A DNA stretch of 64,000 nt from an uncultured Acidimicrobiia bacterium (GCA_963791795.1 CAWBTP010000003.1:64516-128515); one strand, 5' to 3'; counted from the first letter of the stretch, positions 29,932 to 43,003 are shown. The notes: generated from the letters alone by a model not told the origin. Numbers and translations are program-made.

Positions 29932-32830
29932 AGCCTGAGCGTTGGCAGAAGATTGACGAGATCTTTCATGCCGCCTTGCAGTACAAGCCGGATGAGCGGA
30001 AGGCTTTCATCGAAGAAGCCTGCCGGGGTGACGAGGAACTGCGACGGGAACTCGAGTCCCTGTTGGCCGAGGAGAGAGGAGCGGACCAGTTCATTGAAGC
30101 AACCCGCGATGGAAGTCGTGGCAAAGGACCTGGCCGATGAGCAGAAGGAGGTGCTCGGATAGGGGAAACAATCGGCCCTTACAAGATCCTTTCCCTGCTG
30201 GGTGCGGGAGGGATGGGCGAGGTCTATCGGGCCGAAGATAGCCATTTGAAACGACACGTCGCGGTCAAAGTTCTGGCGAGCCGTTTCGCCGATGATCGGG
30301 AGCGCATGGGGCGATTCGAGCGGGAAGCACACCTGCTGGCTTCGCTAAACCATCCCAACATCGCCGCAATCTATGGACTACAGGAGTCAAACGGTGTTCG
30401 GGCACTGGTGATGGAGCTGGTGGAGGGCCGAACGCTCGCTGATCGCATTGCAGCGGGACCGATACCGCTCGACGAAGCGCTTCCAATCGCCCTGCAGATG
30501 GCTGAGGCGCTGGAGTATTCGCATGAAAAGGGCGTCATCCATCGGGATCTAAAGCCGGCGAATGTCAAGCTGACGCCGGAGGGCATTGTGAAGGTGTTGG
30601 ACTTCGGACTGGCCAAAGCTCTGGAGGACGGTTCGACAAAAAGTGACCTGGAGAAATCGCCAACAGCTGACAGTAGCAGACCGAGACCGGTTTGGTTCTG
30701 GGGACGGCGGCCTACATGTCACCCGAACAGGCTCGTGGCTTGCCAGTAGACAAGCGTGCCGACATCTGGTCGTTCGGGGTGGTCTTCTACGAGATGTTGA
30801 CGGGAAAAAGACTCTACGCCGGGGCTACCACTAGCGACACACTGGCAGCGCTGTTGAAGGTTGAACCCGACTGGAATGCGTTGCCACCAGAGGTTCCACC
30901 GAGGATCCGGAGACTGCTGCGCCGCTGCCTGACGAAGGACCGGCGAGAAAGGCTTCAAGCCATTGGAGAGGCCCGAATCGAGATCGCGGGTTATCTGGCC
31001 GATCCGGTGGAAGCAGCCGGTCAATCAGCAACCCGCATCGGGTTGAAGCAGAAACTATTGTTGGCCGGATCGGGTCTAGCCCTGATCATTGCCTCGGCGT
31101 GAGTCACCTGGCAGTTGAAGCGAGAGCCTGCTCCGCCAGCACCTCTTCGTTTGGAAGCAACGCTACGGGAGAACCTCTGGCATTGATAGCTAGGCACCTA
31201 GCTTTTGCGTTTTCCCCTGACGGCAGACGGCTGGCGTATTTTGCCGGGAGGTATGCCAGTCGACGCTTGTACTTGCGCTCCCTGGATCGTTTCGAGGGAG
31301 AGGAACTGGCCAGTGTAGAGTGGGGCAGCACTCCCTTCTTTTCTCCGGACGGAAACTGGGTGGGTTTCGGCACTCCCACAGCTTGAAGAAGATACCAGTG
31401 AACTGGCGGCACAGCTGTGACGTTGTGTCCCTGCGATCGACGCTCGCGGAGCCAGTTGGGGGCCGGACGACACGATTGTGTTCGCAGCCACTCTTCCCAA
31501 GGTTCCTCCATTGGCATGATGAAGGTGTCAGCGGCGGGAGGAGTGCCCGAGCCAGTCACCACTTTGAAGGGTAAGGAGATTAGCCACAGCTGGCCGCAGC
31601 ATCTCCCAGGAGGAAGCCTGGTTCTGTTTACTTCCTACGAGTCCGCCGACTATGACCGTGGCAGCATCGAAGTGGTCGATTTGAAGACGGGCAGTCGGAA
31701 GGTCGTGCATTCAGGGGGCACTTATGGCCGCTATGCAGCCTCGGGACATCTGCTCTATGTTCAGCGAAACACCCTCTGCGCCGCCCCGTTTGATCTGGGA
31801 CGGCTGGAGATCACGGCCAAGCCGGTGCCGGTGCTGAAGGATGTGATGACGAATGGTAGCAGGGGGTGCCCATTACGATGTTTCACCCGACGGGAACGCT
31901 GGTTTACCTGAGCGGGCAAGATGCTTCAGCTTCCGGAGGCGATTGTTCTGGGCAGAGCCGGGTGGCAAGCGGACCTCAATCAGCGAAAGGCTGCGGAATT
32001 ACTACTGGCCGGCCATAGCCCCCGACGGCAAGCGATTGGCAGTGACAATCTTTGAGCAGGACAATTGGGATCTGTGGATTCACGACCTGGAGCGCGACAG
32101 CCAGACGCGACTGACCTTTCATGAGGGCGCGGACTTTTTCTCGGTCTGGTCGCCAGACGGGCGTTGGATTGCCTTCTGCTCGCAGCGGGATGGGCGCTCT
32201 CAAATCTACCGGCAAATGGCAGACGGCTCAGGACAGGCGGAGCGCTTGCTGGAGAGCCAATATGACCAAGGCCCCGCATCCTTCTCTCCGGATGGGAAGT
32301 ATCTGCTCTTCTGGAGAGCATCATCCCGACAGCCTGTGGGACATCTGGGTGCTTGCGCTGGAGGGAGAGAGAAAGATCGAGGTATTGGCGAACAGCAGGT
32401 TCAATGAGCGTTCACCTGTCTTTTCCCCGATGGGCGCTGGGTCGCCTACCAGTCAGATGAATCGGGAAGATATGAGATCTATGTTCAGGCCTTTCCGGGG
32501 TCGCGGCGGCAGACGGCAGATCTCCACGAAGGGCGGCGAGTCGCCTCGCTGGTCTCGGGACGGCCGCCGGCTGTTCTACAGGATCGACGAAGGTCTTGAT
32601 GTCCGTGGTCGTTCGGACGGAGGGAAATGAACTCCAGGTTGGAGTTCCTCAGGCGGTCGTTGAAACGGACGATTCGTTCTCGGGCATTTGGGATTGGGAT
32701 GTCGAGCCAGACGGAAAGCGCTTTGTGTTGATACGCGACGAGGAGAGCGGCGGTCCGGCCTGGTCCAACCCTGCTGAAGTTCACTGTCCACTGGTTCGAG
32801 GAACTCAAGCGCCTCGTTCCCAGGAAATAA
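29928..32830 (+). pseudogene. Ser/Thr protein kinase with C-terminal TolB-like (PD40) beta-propeller, disrupted by at least 8 frameshifts
   Basis: Pieces in all three frames: MKPERWQKIDEIFHAALQYKPDERKAFIEEACRGDEELRRELESLLA / PAMEVVAKDLADEQKEVLG / IGETIGPYKILSLLGAGGMGEVYRAEDSHL...HRDLKPANV...DFGLAK / ...AAYMSPEQARG...DIWSFGVVFYEMLTGK / PD40 repeats (SFSPDGKYLLF, WSPDGRWIAF) / terminal ...VHWFEELKRLVPRK*. Checked breaks fall in 2-3-nt homopolymers. Confidence 0.7.
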
Positions 32831-32935
32831 TCAGAGGTCGATGAGACGATGACTCTCCCAACCTCGCCGTGACTGACCCATTGCCGGGTGCGATTGAAGT
32901 GGCGTAGAGAGAAGGAACTTGGTGGAGCGGGTGGC

Positions 32936-32996
32936 GGGCGCTCCCGCGCGCACCTGCTTTCTTCCGGAAGAAAGCCAGCGTGCGCAGGAGCGCCCG
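32936..32996 (+). terminator. Large GC-rich hairpin after the kinase gene (gggcgctcccgcgcgcacctg-ctttcttccggaagaaag-ccagcgtgcgcaggagcgccc)
   Basis: Palindrome seen directly; terminator role inferred. Confidence 0.3.
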
Positions 32997-33133
32997 CTCC
33001 ACCCAGAGTACGTCCAAGTACCTCTGCTGTACGCGACTCTCAATCGCACCCATCGCGGAGACGCGAGTCAGTTGCTCTTGTGGAATCGTCCTGCTAGAGT
33101 CGGATGCATTGAGGCAGGCGCAACCCGTAAAGC

Positions 33134-34157
33134 ATGTTCCCCTCGAAATCGGCATTCATCTCCTTCCTTTTTGTCTTGATCGCTGGTTCCGTCCAACCTT
33201 CTTTGACCGCGCAAGCAGACGTTCACGATCGTCTGAAGCAGGCGGAGCGGCTTCTTTCAGAACAGAAGTTTCAGGCTGCCCGTGAGATCCTCGAGGGATT
33301 GGTGGTTTCCGCGGTCGAAAAGGCCCCGCCTCAAGCCTATTACCAACTCTCACTCTGTTATGCGAAGCAAGCCGAGTGGAAAAAAGCCGAACAAGCCATT
33401 CAAGAGTTTCTGAAACTCTCTCCGGAAGATTTCTCAGCGCTTTATCTGAAAGGCTTCGTGCTCTTCAGCAGCGGGCGATACCAGGAGTCGTTGAAAGTGA
33501 TGGAGCCCTTGGCAGAGCGCAACCCGGTAGCACGCTGCGACGCGGAAAGTGATTGGGCTCAATCAATACATGCTGAATCGAGCCGATCTGGCTGAGGCGG
33601 AGTTGAAGCGGGCCGTGAGCCTCGCACCGCAGGATGCAGAAGCTTACTACTATCTCGGCAGGGTCCTTTTCATGCGCGACAACCCGGCTGGAGCGCTGGC
33701 TGCTTTCCAAAAGGCTACCGAGTTGGATGCGTCGAGCGTGAGGGCGTACAACCATTTGGGTCAATCTTACGAAGCGCTGGTGCAGTATCCGGCAGCGCGC
33801 GAGGCGTATCTGAAGGCTATCGAACTGGAAAAGAAGCAAAGTGCAAAATCAGAGTGGCCGTACTTCAATTTGGGGGCCTTGTGTTTGCGTGAGGGTCGGG
33901 CTGCCGAGGCGGAAGGTTACCTCCGTCAAGCTTTGGAGCGACAGCCCCGCTGGTCGGAAGGAAAAGCCAAGTTAGGGATGGCGTTACTTGCCCTGGATAA
34001 GCTGCCGGAGGCTCTTTCCTATCTCGAACAAGCCGTCCAGACTGATCCGCAGAACGCCGACGCCCGTTATCAATATGCGCGCCTCCTCATCAAAATGGGA
34101 AAGCCGGACGAGGCCGAGCGGCACCTCCAGGTTTTCCGGCAACAGAAGAAACCATGA
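33134..34157 (+). CDS. Secreted TPR-repeat protein, frameshifted near 33540
   Basis: Signal peptide; TPR text in ORFs 33134-33595 and 33549-34157, which overlap in different frames. Confidence 0.6.
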
Positions 34158-34398
34158 GGTCAAGACTGACCATGAACTCTCTGGCTCGTCTTGTTGCTCA
34201 TGTTGTCTTTCCTCGTTTTTTCCTCCAACTCTCCTGAAAATCCCCTCCTTGGGAGGGGTGGCGCGGAGCGCCAGCGGTCGCGCAGCGACAGCGGTCGCGT
34301 AGCGCCGGGGTGGTTTGTTCCCGCGTTCCAGAACCCCCTGAAGTCCACCCTTGTCCAAGGGGGGACGGTATTTTCATCGAACGTGGCGCCGCAACACG

Positions 34399-36027
34399 GC
34401 ATGAAAAACTCCCATAAAAATGAAATTCGATTTGTGGACGCTGCTGCTGAAGCTGGTGTCCAGCCGACGATTCACAATGGCGGACCGGAGAAGCAATGGA
34501 TTCCGGAGGCTAATGGGACTGGAGCAGCTTGGCTGGACTATGACAATGACGGGCGGCTGGACTTGCTCATTGTTAACGGGTCCACCATGGATGCGCTGCC
34601 TGGTATCGTTTCGGGCAGTGCCCCTCAGCCCAGGAAGGATGGGGTTTTTCTTTACCGAAACCTGGCGGGACGGCCGTTTCCGCGAGGTTACAGCGGAGGC
34701 CCGGTTGACGAATTCGTACTGGGGCACGGGAGCCAATGGCGCAGACTACGACAACGATGGAGATACAGACATCCTGATTACAAGCATTGGCGTAGACCTT
34801 CTCTATCGAAATAACGGCAACGGTACGTTTTCTGAGGTTGGGAAGACGGCCGGACTCCAGCAAAAGGTGGCCTGGCACACCGGCAGCGCGTTTGGCGATG
34901 CCGACCATGACGGCGATTTGGACCTTTACATAGCAGGCTACGTGGACCCCGCCGCACTGACCTGGACCGGCACGGCACCTGTTTGCCAGTACAAGGGTCT
35001 CAGCGTTTTTTGTGGTCCGCGTAATCTTCGCGGAGAAACCGACCTCTTTTACCGTAACAACGGCAACGGAACGTTTACGGAAGCCACCCAGCAGGCTGGG
35101 CTTTCAGATACAAATCGCTACTATGGCTTTGCAGTTCTTTTCGAGGACTTGAATGGCGACGGGAAGCCCGACATTTTCGTAGCCAACGATTCCTGCCCCA
35201 ACTACCTGTATCTCAACAAAGGAAACGGAACTTTCAAGGAATCAGGACTGATCGCCGGGGTGGCGATGAACGGAGACGGCCGCACTCAGGCGAATATGGG
35301 TATCGCCAGCGGTGATTTTGACAACGACGGCGATCCGGATCTTCTGACCACCACGTTTTCAGAGGACTACTTCCCACTTTTCGAACAACAGAAGCCAGGT
35401 TCGTTTGAGGATGTGACTTTTCGCGTTGGTTTGGGAACCGACACGGTCCCCTACCTGGGCTGGGCCTGCGGGTTTGCCGATTTCGACAATGATGGAGACA
35501 AGGATCTGTGGACAGCGAACGGGCATGTTTACCCCACGGCTAACACCCTGAACACGACAACCTATCTGCAACCCGTTGCGATCTTTAGCAACGAGCACGG
35601 CCGATTTGTTGCAACCAGCGCATCCGTAAGTCAGGCCGAAAAGAAATCGTTTCGTGGCGGTGCGGTGGGCGACTTCAACAACGATGGGAAGCTGGATATC
35701 GTTGTGCTACCTGTGGATGGGAAACCGGAGTTGCTGGAAAACCGCAGCCAAGGCCCTGGATCATGGGTCGGCTTCCACTTGTTGGGAACAAACTCCAATA
35801 GGGACGCCCTGGGGACAAAAGTCGAAATCCAGGCTTGCGGCAAGAAACAATCGGCGACACTGCACAATGGAGGAGGCTACCTTTCCCGTGATGATCCGCG
35901 CCTCCATTTCGGTCTCGGGAGTTGCGGGCGCGTGGATGAGCTTTCCATCGTTTGGCCAAACGGCACGATTCAAAGGGAGAAGAACGTGCTGACAAATCGG
36001 TACACCACGATCAAGCAGAGGCGTTAA
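34399..36027 (+). CDS. CRTAC1-family protein (FG-GAP/VCBS repeats plus ASPIC/UnbV domain), frameshifted near 34665
   Basis: Repeated ...DYDNDGxxDL...LYRNNGNGTF... units and C-terminal ...GTKVEIQACGKKQSATLHNGGGYLSRDDPRLHFGLG.... Frames 34191 and 34420 join at ...YRNL|DGRFREVTAEARL in a ggg/cc run. Confidence 0.65.
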
Positions 36028-36170
36028 TCCAAGACTTCGGGGCACAAACGTAATCTAGTAGGGACGCGGTGCTCCACGTCCGTGTGGGTTTCACGCTCGT
36101 AGCCGTGGACGCGCAGCAGCGCGTCCCTACCGCGAATCGTTCACAACTCCAGCTGGTGGGAGAGAGGCAT

Positions 36171-37769
36171 TCACGGCTTCGCAATCGTTTTGTCCTTGGT
36201 CTTGTCTTTTGTCTTGTCTTTGGTATTCTCAAAGGCCCGCATTTCCTTTTCCGCTTCTGCAATTCGACCCAACTTGCGGTAAAGCACAGACAGCCGATAG
36301 TGAGGCGTTGCATCCTCGGGATCTATCTCTACAGCTTTACTCAGATGGTGCAGTGCCTTCGCTGTTTGCTGCTGGTTGGTGTAAAGCTTTTCCAAAGCAA
36401 GATGGGCTTCGATCATGGAGGGTTCAAGCTTTACCGCCTTCAGGAGGTGTATTTCGGCCTCCGCGAGCTTACCCTGTCCATAGAGAATGTCGCCGATCTC
36501 ATAATGCGCTTGCGGATGATTCGGATCGAGCTTGATTTCTTCTTGAAGCTCCAACAAGGCTTCCTCGGATCGGCTTCTAGTCCAGAGAAGATTTCCAATG
36601 GAAAAATGCACGTTTTGCAAATCCGGTTTGAGGGCCAAGGCGCGCTTATATTCCTGGATCGCCTGCTCGTCCTTGTTCAGCGCTTCAAAGTATTGCCCTT
36701 TGAGTTGGTGCGAGCGATAGGAATTGGGTTCGGTCTCAAAAACCCACAACGAAGACAGGTAGGACAACACCTGATAGCCCTCTGCGAGAGCATAGAGTCG
36801 CTCTGCCGAGTTGTCATTTTGCTTCTGGGCGGCCTGGACATGCTGCTGATGCCGTTGTATTTCTTCTCTGATTTTGGCTCCGCTCGGTGGGGCGTAAAAG
36901 AACGCGATCGACCCGTCAATCGCTTCACTCCCGGGACCTGCTTCGAGCGGCGCCACTGAAGCACCGGATGCCTTCTGTGTTACCCAGTCGAGTCGCTGAC
37001 GCAGGCGTCCGTTTTCCGGGCGCTTTTCGAGCGCACGGCTGTATTCTTCTCTGGCCGCTTCCCAGTTTTGTTCGGCTTCGTAGAAGTGAGCTCGTGCCAG
37101 ATCCGTGTGAAAGGCGTCGCGATAGGTTTTGTGAAGGTCATCAAAAGACCTCTTGGAAAGATGACTGTAGGATTTGCTCAGATGATAGATGGCGTCGAGA
37201 TCGCTGCTGTCGATCGAGACGGCTTTCTCCAGATACCGCGTTGCGCTCACGTAGTTGGCTCGAGCATAGTGGTTGTATCCGGAGTAGAGCTGGATGGCAA
37301 AGTTTGATGGGTCTTGAGCCTCGGCTTTTTCCAGATATCGTGATGCTTCCGCATAGTTGCGGGCGTTAAAGGAAAGCACTCCGAGAAAAAAATAAGGGCC
37401 GGCCAAGTCTGGTTTCAGCTGGATGGCTCGTTTGAACGATTTCAGGGCCAGCTCCGATTGCTTTTGTTGATAGTACAAAGCACCCAGGTTCGCGTGGGCT
37501 TCAGCCATATCGGGGCGCATCGATATGATGCGCTTGTAGTTCTCAGTTGCCTTCTTGAGGTCGCCAGCAAGTTGGGCCTCGCGCGCTTCTTTGTAGAGAT
37601 CGGCCAGTCCATCGGTGGATTGAGCCCACAAGCAGGACTCCCGCGATTCGAGTCCGCTCCAAAGCACGAGGATCGAGACAATGCCGAATCGACAAGGCCT
37701 TACATCCCGACAAACCTCAACTTTTCGCGCCTTCTCGGCACCTTCGGATGCCGACACTCTAAGACACAA
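36171..37769 (-). CDS. Secreted TPR-repeat protein with C-terminal (KDKT)n tail
   Basis: 532 aa, uninterrupted, ~12 TPRs. 3' end is a 12-bp tandem DNA repeat (36188-36226) encoding TKDKTKDKTKDKT. Confidence 0.7.
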   Translation of the reverse strand: MCLRVSASEGAEKARKVEVCRDVRPCRFGIVSILVLWSGLESRESCLWAQSTDGLADLYKEAREAQLAGDLKKATENYKRIISMRPDMAEAHANLGALYYQQKQSELALKSFKRAIQLKPDLAGPYFFLGVLSFNARNYAEASRYLEKAEAQDPSNFAIQLYSGYNHYARANYVSATRYLEKAVSIDSSDLDAIYHLSKSYSHLSKRSFDDLHKTYRDAFHTDLARAHFYEAEQNWEAAREEYSRALEKRPENGRLRQRLDWVTQKASGASVAPLEAGPGSEAIDGSIAFFYAPPSGAKIREEIQRHQQHVQAAQKQNDNSAERLYALAEGYQVLSYLSSLWVFETEPNSYRSHQLKGQYFEALNKDEQAIQEYKRALALKPDLQNVHFSIGNLLWTRSRSEEALLELQEEIKLDPNHPQAHYEIGDILYGQGKLAEAEIHLLKAVKLEPSMIEAHLALEKLYTNQQQTAKALHHLSKAVEIDPEDATPHYRLSVLYRKLGRIAEAEKEMRAFENTKDKTKDKTKDKTIAKP

Positions 37770-37801
37770 TCTAGTCTGAATAGCTCGGAAAGGAAATCAA
37801 A

Positions 37802-39420
37802 GTGCGAAAATTCGTCCGTTCGGTCAATCTAGCCTTCTTGCTCTTATTGGGCCTTCCAGCCGCAGCCAGACCTGCACAAAACGAGCCCGCCCCGGCGGCA
37901 CTCCAATTTCCATCCATCCGGCAAATCCCAAATACTTCCTGTTTCGGGGGAAGCCACTCGCGCTGATCACGGCGACCGAGCACTATGGTTCGGTCATAAA
38001 CTCCCGCTTTGACTTTGAGCGCTATTTACGCGACGCTGCCGACAAAAAGCAAACTCTGACCCGTCTTTTCCTGCTATTTCGTGAGCAGCAAAGCCAGCGC
38101 AATCCCTATTCTCCGCTCAAAGTCGAGTCGCCCGACTTCGTAACGCCCTACTTGCGCACCGGGCCGGGAAAGGCACTGGATGGGGAACCTAAGTTCAACC
38201 TCGATCAATGGAACCCGGTCTATTTTGCCAGGCTCCACCGATTTCTCGCACGCGCTTCGGAGTTGGGCATCGTTGTGGAAGTGACCCTGTTCAGCAATAC
38301 CTACGCCAGCCAGGTTTGGGCGCTCAATCCGCTCCGTTCCGAGAACAACATCAACGGCTTGAAACCCCTCGAATGGCCAGAATACAACACGCTGAAGGAT
38401 CCAGAGCTGTTCAAGCGCCAGGCGGCGTTTGTTCGCAAAGTCATCAGCGAGATCAACCACTACGACAACATCTACTATGAGATTTGCAACGAACCCGGCG
38501 GAGGCGTCAAGGGTTTTGCTCCTCCGTCAGACGTGGATGCCTGGCAAACCGCCGTTGCCAAAGTCGTCCGCGAGGAAATGTCGAAACGGCCGCAGCGCCA
38601 CCTCGTTTTCGGGAGTGAGGCTTTCAGCTATACCCCTAAGTTCAACCAGGGAACCGACGCCAGTTTCAAGAACCCGGACTTCGATGCTGTGAACGTCCAT
38701 CCGCTGCCGGACACCCACTACGGCGGGCGTACGTATCAGATGGGCAACTTCATGTCGAAAGAACTTATGCTCTCCGAGTTTCGCGATTACTGCCTGGCCA
38801 CCTACGCTGAGCGCAAGCCAATGATCATGGACGAAGACAATTGCGCCAGCCTGTATCGGGACGAGGTTGGCTGGACAATCCATCGAAAGCGCGCCTGGAC
38901 GGCATTGCTGAGCGGCTCGCACTATGACTACATCGATTTTTCTATCAACGTGGGCACTGAAGCCGGAACCGAAGAATCACGGGCGAAGATCCGTACATGG
39001 ATGAAGAATCTTTCGGAGTTTTTCCACTCCTTCGACTTTGTGCGGTCTCGAGCGCTGAGCGACTGGCTACAGGGCAAACCTGCCGGCACCGTCGAGTCTG
39101 TGCTGGGAATCGAAGGAGAGGAGTATGTCGTCTACCTCGCAGATGCTCGGGAAATCACAGATACAAAAGCTAACTCACCGATTCAGGCCGCCCTCAAGCT
39201 GCCGCTTCCCGCCAGGACGTTACGAGGCAAGACTCTATTCGCCTTCCAGCGGCGGCTACTCACCAGCAATTTGGATCCAGAGTACTGGTATGGCAGAAAT
39301 CGATTTGCCTTCCTTCACGGAAGACATTGTTATCCGAGTCCGTTCACGCCCAAAATCGTGACTCGGTGCCCAGTCCAAGCCAGTAGTGGCGCAGACTTTC
39401 CTCCCACCGCTGCGTCGTGA
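37802..39420 (+). CDS. Secreted glycoside-hydrolase-like protein (GH5/cellulase-superfamily-like, NEP motif), frameshifted at a GGGGG run (~37945)
   Basis: GTG start plus signal peptide VRKFVRSVNLAFLLLLGLPAAA. ...NIYYEICNEPGGG... (NEP catalytic-acid context). N-terminal piece joins ORF 38152-39420 across cctgtttcGGGGGaagcc. Confidence 0.45.
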
Positions 39421-39602
39421 AGTTCAATTCCGCATTGTCATAGTTGAACAATTTTTCTTGACAAGACGTGGCGAGAGATCTATCTATCGCTCAAGAAATT
39501 GTCACAGTTTTGTCGTACCGCCCTGCGACCAACCTGTAGAAGTTCCAATTTGGTTGAAGTTACTCCAGCAAACACCGCCCTTTCTCGATTTAGGAGACCA
39601 CC

Positions 39603-42600
39603 ATGACTAGCACACTGAAAAAGGGTCTTTGCATCACCGTCGTATCTCTTCTAATCAGTGGACTTCTCATCGCCCAGAGCGAGCGTGGAACGATTCGCGG
39701 GACTGTCACCGACAGTTCCGGATCGGTTATGCCGGGAGTCACCGTCAAGGCGGTGAACGTTGCTACCGGCATCGAGACGCCGACCGTTACCACGGATTCC
39801 GGCTTGTACAACATCCCCCAAGTGCCGCCGGGCAACTACCGCGTAGAGGCCGAGCGCACCGGTTTCAAGAAACTGATACGTGAGAACGTAACGGTGGCAA
39901 TTGCGGGAACCGTCGGATTAGATCTCCAATTGGAAGTAGGCGAAGTAACCCAGGAGGTATCGGTCACTGAAGCTGCGCCTCAGTTGAAAAGCGAAACGAG
40001 CGAAGTGGCAACGGGCATCAGCCCCAAAGCGTTTCTCGATCTCCCATTGACCGCGGGCGGTGGCCGCTCCGCAGAGTCATTCATCTTCCTGGCTCCTGGA
40101 GCGACAGGAAACACCTTCGATGCGCACATCAACGGCAGCCAGACCTTGTCGAAGGAGATTCAGCTCGACGGCCTGAGCATGACGATTGCCGAGGTGGGCG
40201 GCGATCCCAGAGTGTTGACCTTGCCTCCGGACGCTCTTCAAGAGTTGTCCATCGCCACGGGCAGTTACTCCGCGGAGTTTGGAAACAGCGGCGGCGGTGT
40301 GGAACGCTTCACGATTCGATCTGGCACCAATAGTTTTCACGGAAATCTCTACGAGTTCCTCCGCAACGACGTGCTTGACGCGCGCGATTTTTTTCAAGCT
40401 TCGCGATCCGTTCACCGCGAAAACGAGTACGGAGGCAGCATTGGCGGTCCGATTATCAAGAACAAGACGTTCTTTTTTTTCAACCTGAATTACTTCAAGT
40501 TCCGGTCAGGGCCTTCCAACCAGATCGGTTCGGTACCAACACCTGCCTTTAAGAATGGAGACATGTCGCAGCTAAGAAATGCCGACGGGAGCCTCATTCA
40601 GCTGTACGATCCGGCCACAACCCGATCTGACGGAGCCGGTGGATTCACGCGCGACCCATTCCCCGGAAACATCATTCCGGCTGGTCGTATCAGCGCAGTC
40701 TCCAGGAAGGTCCTCACTTTCGTTCCAGATCCCAAGATCGCTGGGATCTTCAATAACTATCCTGCCAGTGAAAAAAGCCGGACCGATAATCGCAACTTCA
40801 CCTTCAAGATCGACCATCAGTTAACGTCCAATCACCGTCTCAGCGGTGCCTGGAACGATGGCAAGAACACCGACTCAGGTCCTCTCGCCGTGCTGCCCCA
40901 CCCCATCTCCGCCACCCGCAACGGAGTGTTAGGCCCGGCACAAAAGACGCTTCGACTGTCGCACGATTGGGTGATTACGCCAACCGTTGTGAATCATTTA
41001 TCGGCGGGGCATACGCGGCAGTATCAGCGGTTGGAGGCCGAGGAAGAGGGAGGCAATTGGGCCCAGCAGTTGGGCATCACCGGCGTTGCCAATGGTGCGT
41101 TCCCAACCATCAACGCGGGGTTCCTTGCCGGAGGCTTGGCTTGGGGCGAGAATCAGCAGCTGCTGGTTACCGTCTCGAATACCTTCCTGATTGCTGACAG
41201 CCTTTCCATGGTGAAAGGGAAACACAACCTGAAGTTCGGACTCGATTTCCGAAAGTACCAGAACAATCAGTCAGTTCCCAGCAGCTCGGGAAACTTCCAG
41301 TTCAACCGCAATGAGACGGCCTTCCCTTCTGCGGCTTTGAGAACGAGCACCGGGCATCCCTTTGCCAGCTTCCTGCTAGGTCAGGTTGACTCCGGCAGTT
41401 ACAGCATCAACGAGGTTACCCGTGGGATGCGCTACCCCTATTTTGCGGGTTACTTCCAGGACGACTTCAAGATGAGGCCAAACTTCACCATAAACATCGG
41501 ACTGAGGTGGGACTACATACCCAACATGACTGAGGTGAACAATGTATACACCGTCATGGATCCGACTCTTCCGAATCCCGCCGCAAACGGCCGGCTCGGT
41601 GCTATAGCCTACGCCAGCGATGAACGTCAATCTCTTGTCAATGGGACGTCTTATAACAATTGGGGCCCACGGCTCGGTTTTGCCTGGTCACCGATGAAGA
41701 AGTTGGTGGTGCGCTCCGCCTATGGTATCAGCTACTACCCTACCGGTGCACAGGGTGGCGGCAATGCCAAACCTTCAGGGCTCGGGTTCACAGCGAATCC
41801 TACGTTCTTCTCCCAGGACTCGGGACTCACGCCAGGCTTCGTTTGGGACAACGGTTTTCCGCAAAACTATACGCGACCTCCGATCATCGATCCGGGATTT
41901 GGAGTCGTCAGCGGTAGTCCCATTGGCGTTCCCTTTGGGACCCGAACGCCAAGGAGCCAACCAATCGGCAGGATTGGAACTTCGGGATTCAGTATCAGCT
42001 GGCCGATAACTGGCTGCTCGATGCTTCCTACGTAGGATCCAAGTCCACGCGCCTGGCCACCGGGGTTGTGAACTACAATCAGGTCGATTCCAGGTATCTG
42101 AACCTTGGAGAGCTGCTCAATCGAAACATCGCCGATCCAGCCGTAGCGGCGGCAGGGTTCACCCGCCCATATGCGAGCTTCAACGGGAGTTTGGCCCAGT
42201 CACTCCGGCCATTCCCCCAGTATTCTGGGCTTGCCGCCACAAACTCTGCGAATTTTGGGAACATGACGTATAACTCGCTGCAGATGAAAGTGGAGAAGCA
42301 GTTCTCGCAGGGATTGTTTTTCCTTTCGTCATTCACCTGGTCGAAGACCCTGACGGATGCTTCTTCCGCTCTTTCGGGATTTTTCTCGACCAGTGCGCGA
42401 GACAATTACAACCGGAAGCTGGAAAAGGGATTGGCTCAGTTTGATGTCCCGGCGCGTCTCGTCGTGGCATTCAACTATGAGTTGCCGATCGGCCCGGGCA
42501 AGCCGGCTGGAGGCAATACTACAGGCGCTGCGGCTAAGATTCTGGGAGGCTGGCAGATCAATGGCATCATGGCCTACCAGTCAGGAGCGCCGATCGGAGT

Positions 42601-43003
42601 CGGTGTGAACAACACATTGTCGCTGTTCAATTCCCGCAACCTTCCCAACATGGTTCCCGGCGTGGATCCCAAGCTGGACACCAGCAACTTTGATCCTGCA
42701 AGGGATCTCTACCTAAACATCAACGCTTTTCAAACACCCGCTCCGTTCACATACGGGAATGCTCCAAGTCTGCTGAACGTGCGAGCCTTTCCAAGCTATA
42801 ACGAGGACTTTGGCATCATGAAGCGCACCTACATCAGAGAGCAGATGAACATCGAGTTTCGCTTTGAGATGTTTAACGCCTTTAACCGTCATATCTTTGC
42901 GGCTCCTGCCTTGACCAATATCAACGACCCGACCACCTTTGGGAAGGTTGTTTCCGCCAGTGGCGGAAGAAGAGGGCAGTTTGCCTTGAAGTTTAACTTC
43001 TGA
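39603..43003 (+). CDS. TonB-dependent receptor with CarboxypepD_reg N-domain, frameshifted (~41937, G-run)
   Basis: ...GTIRGTVTDSSGSVMPGVTVKAVNVATGIE...GNYRVEAERTGFKK... The barrel continues in the +2 frame (...DPNAKEPTNRQDWNFGIQYQLADNWLLDASYVGSKSTRLATGVVNYNQVDSRYLNL...) to terminal ...GQFALKFNF*. Break at cctttGGGaccc. Confidence 0.75.

Noticed and set aside
29892-30162. Two short ORFs after the ECF sigma gene, considered as separate small genes
   Set aside because: They are the N-terminal pieces of the frameshifted Ser/Thr kinase (MKPERWQKIDEIFHAAL... / ...PAMEVVAKDLADEQKEVLG).
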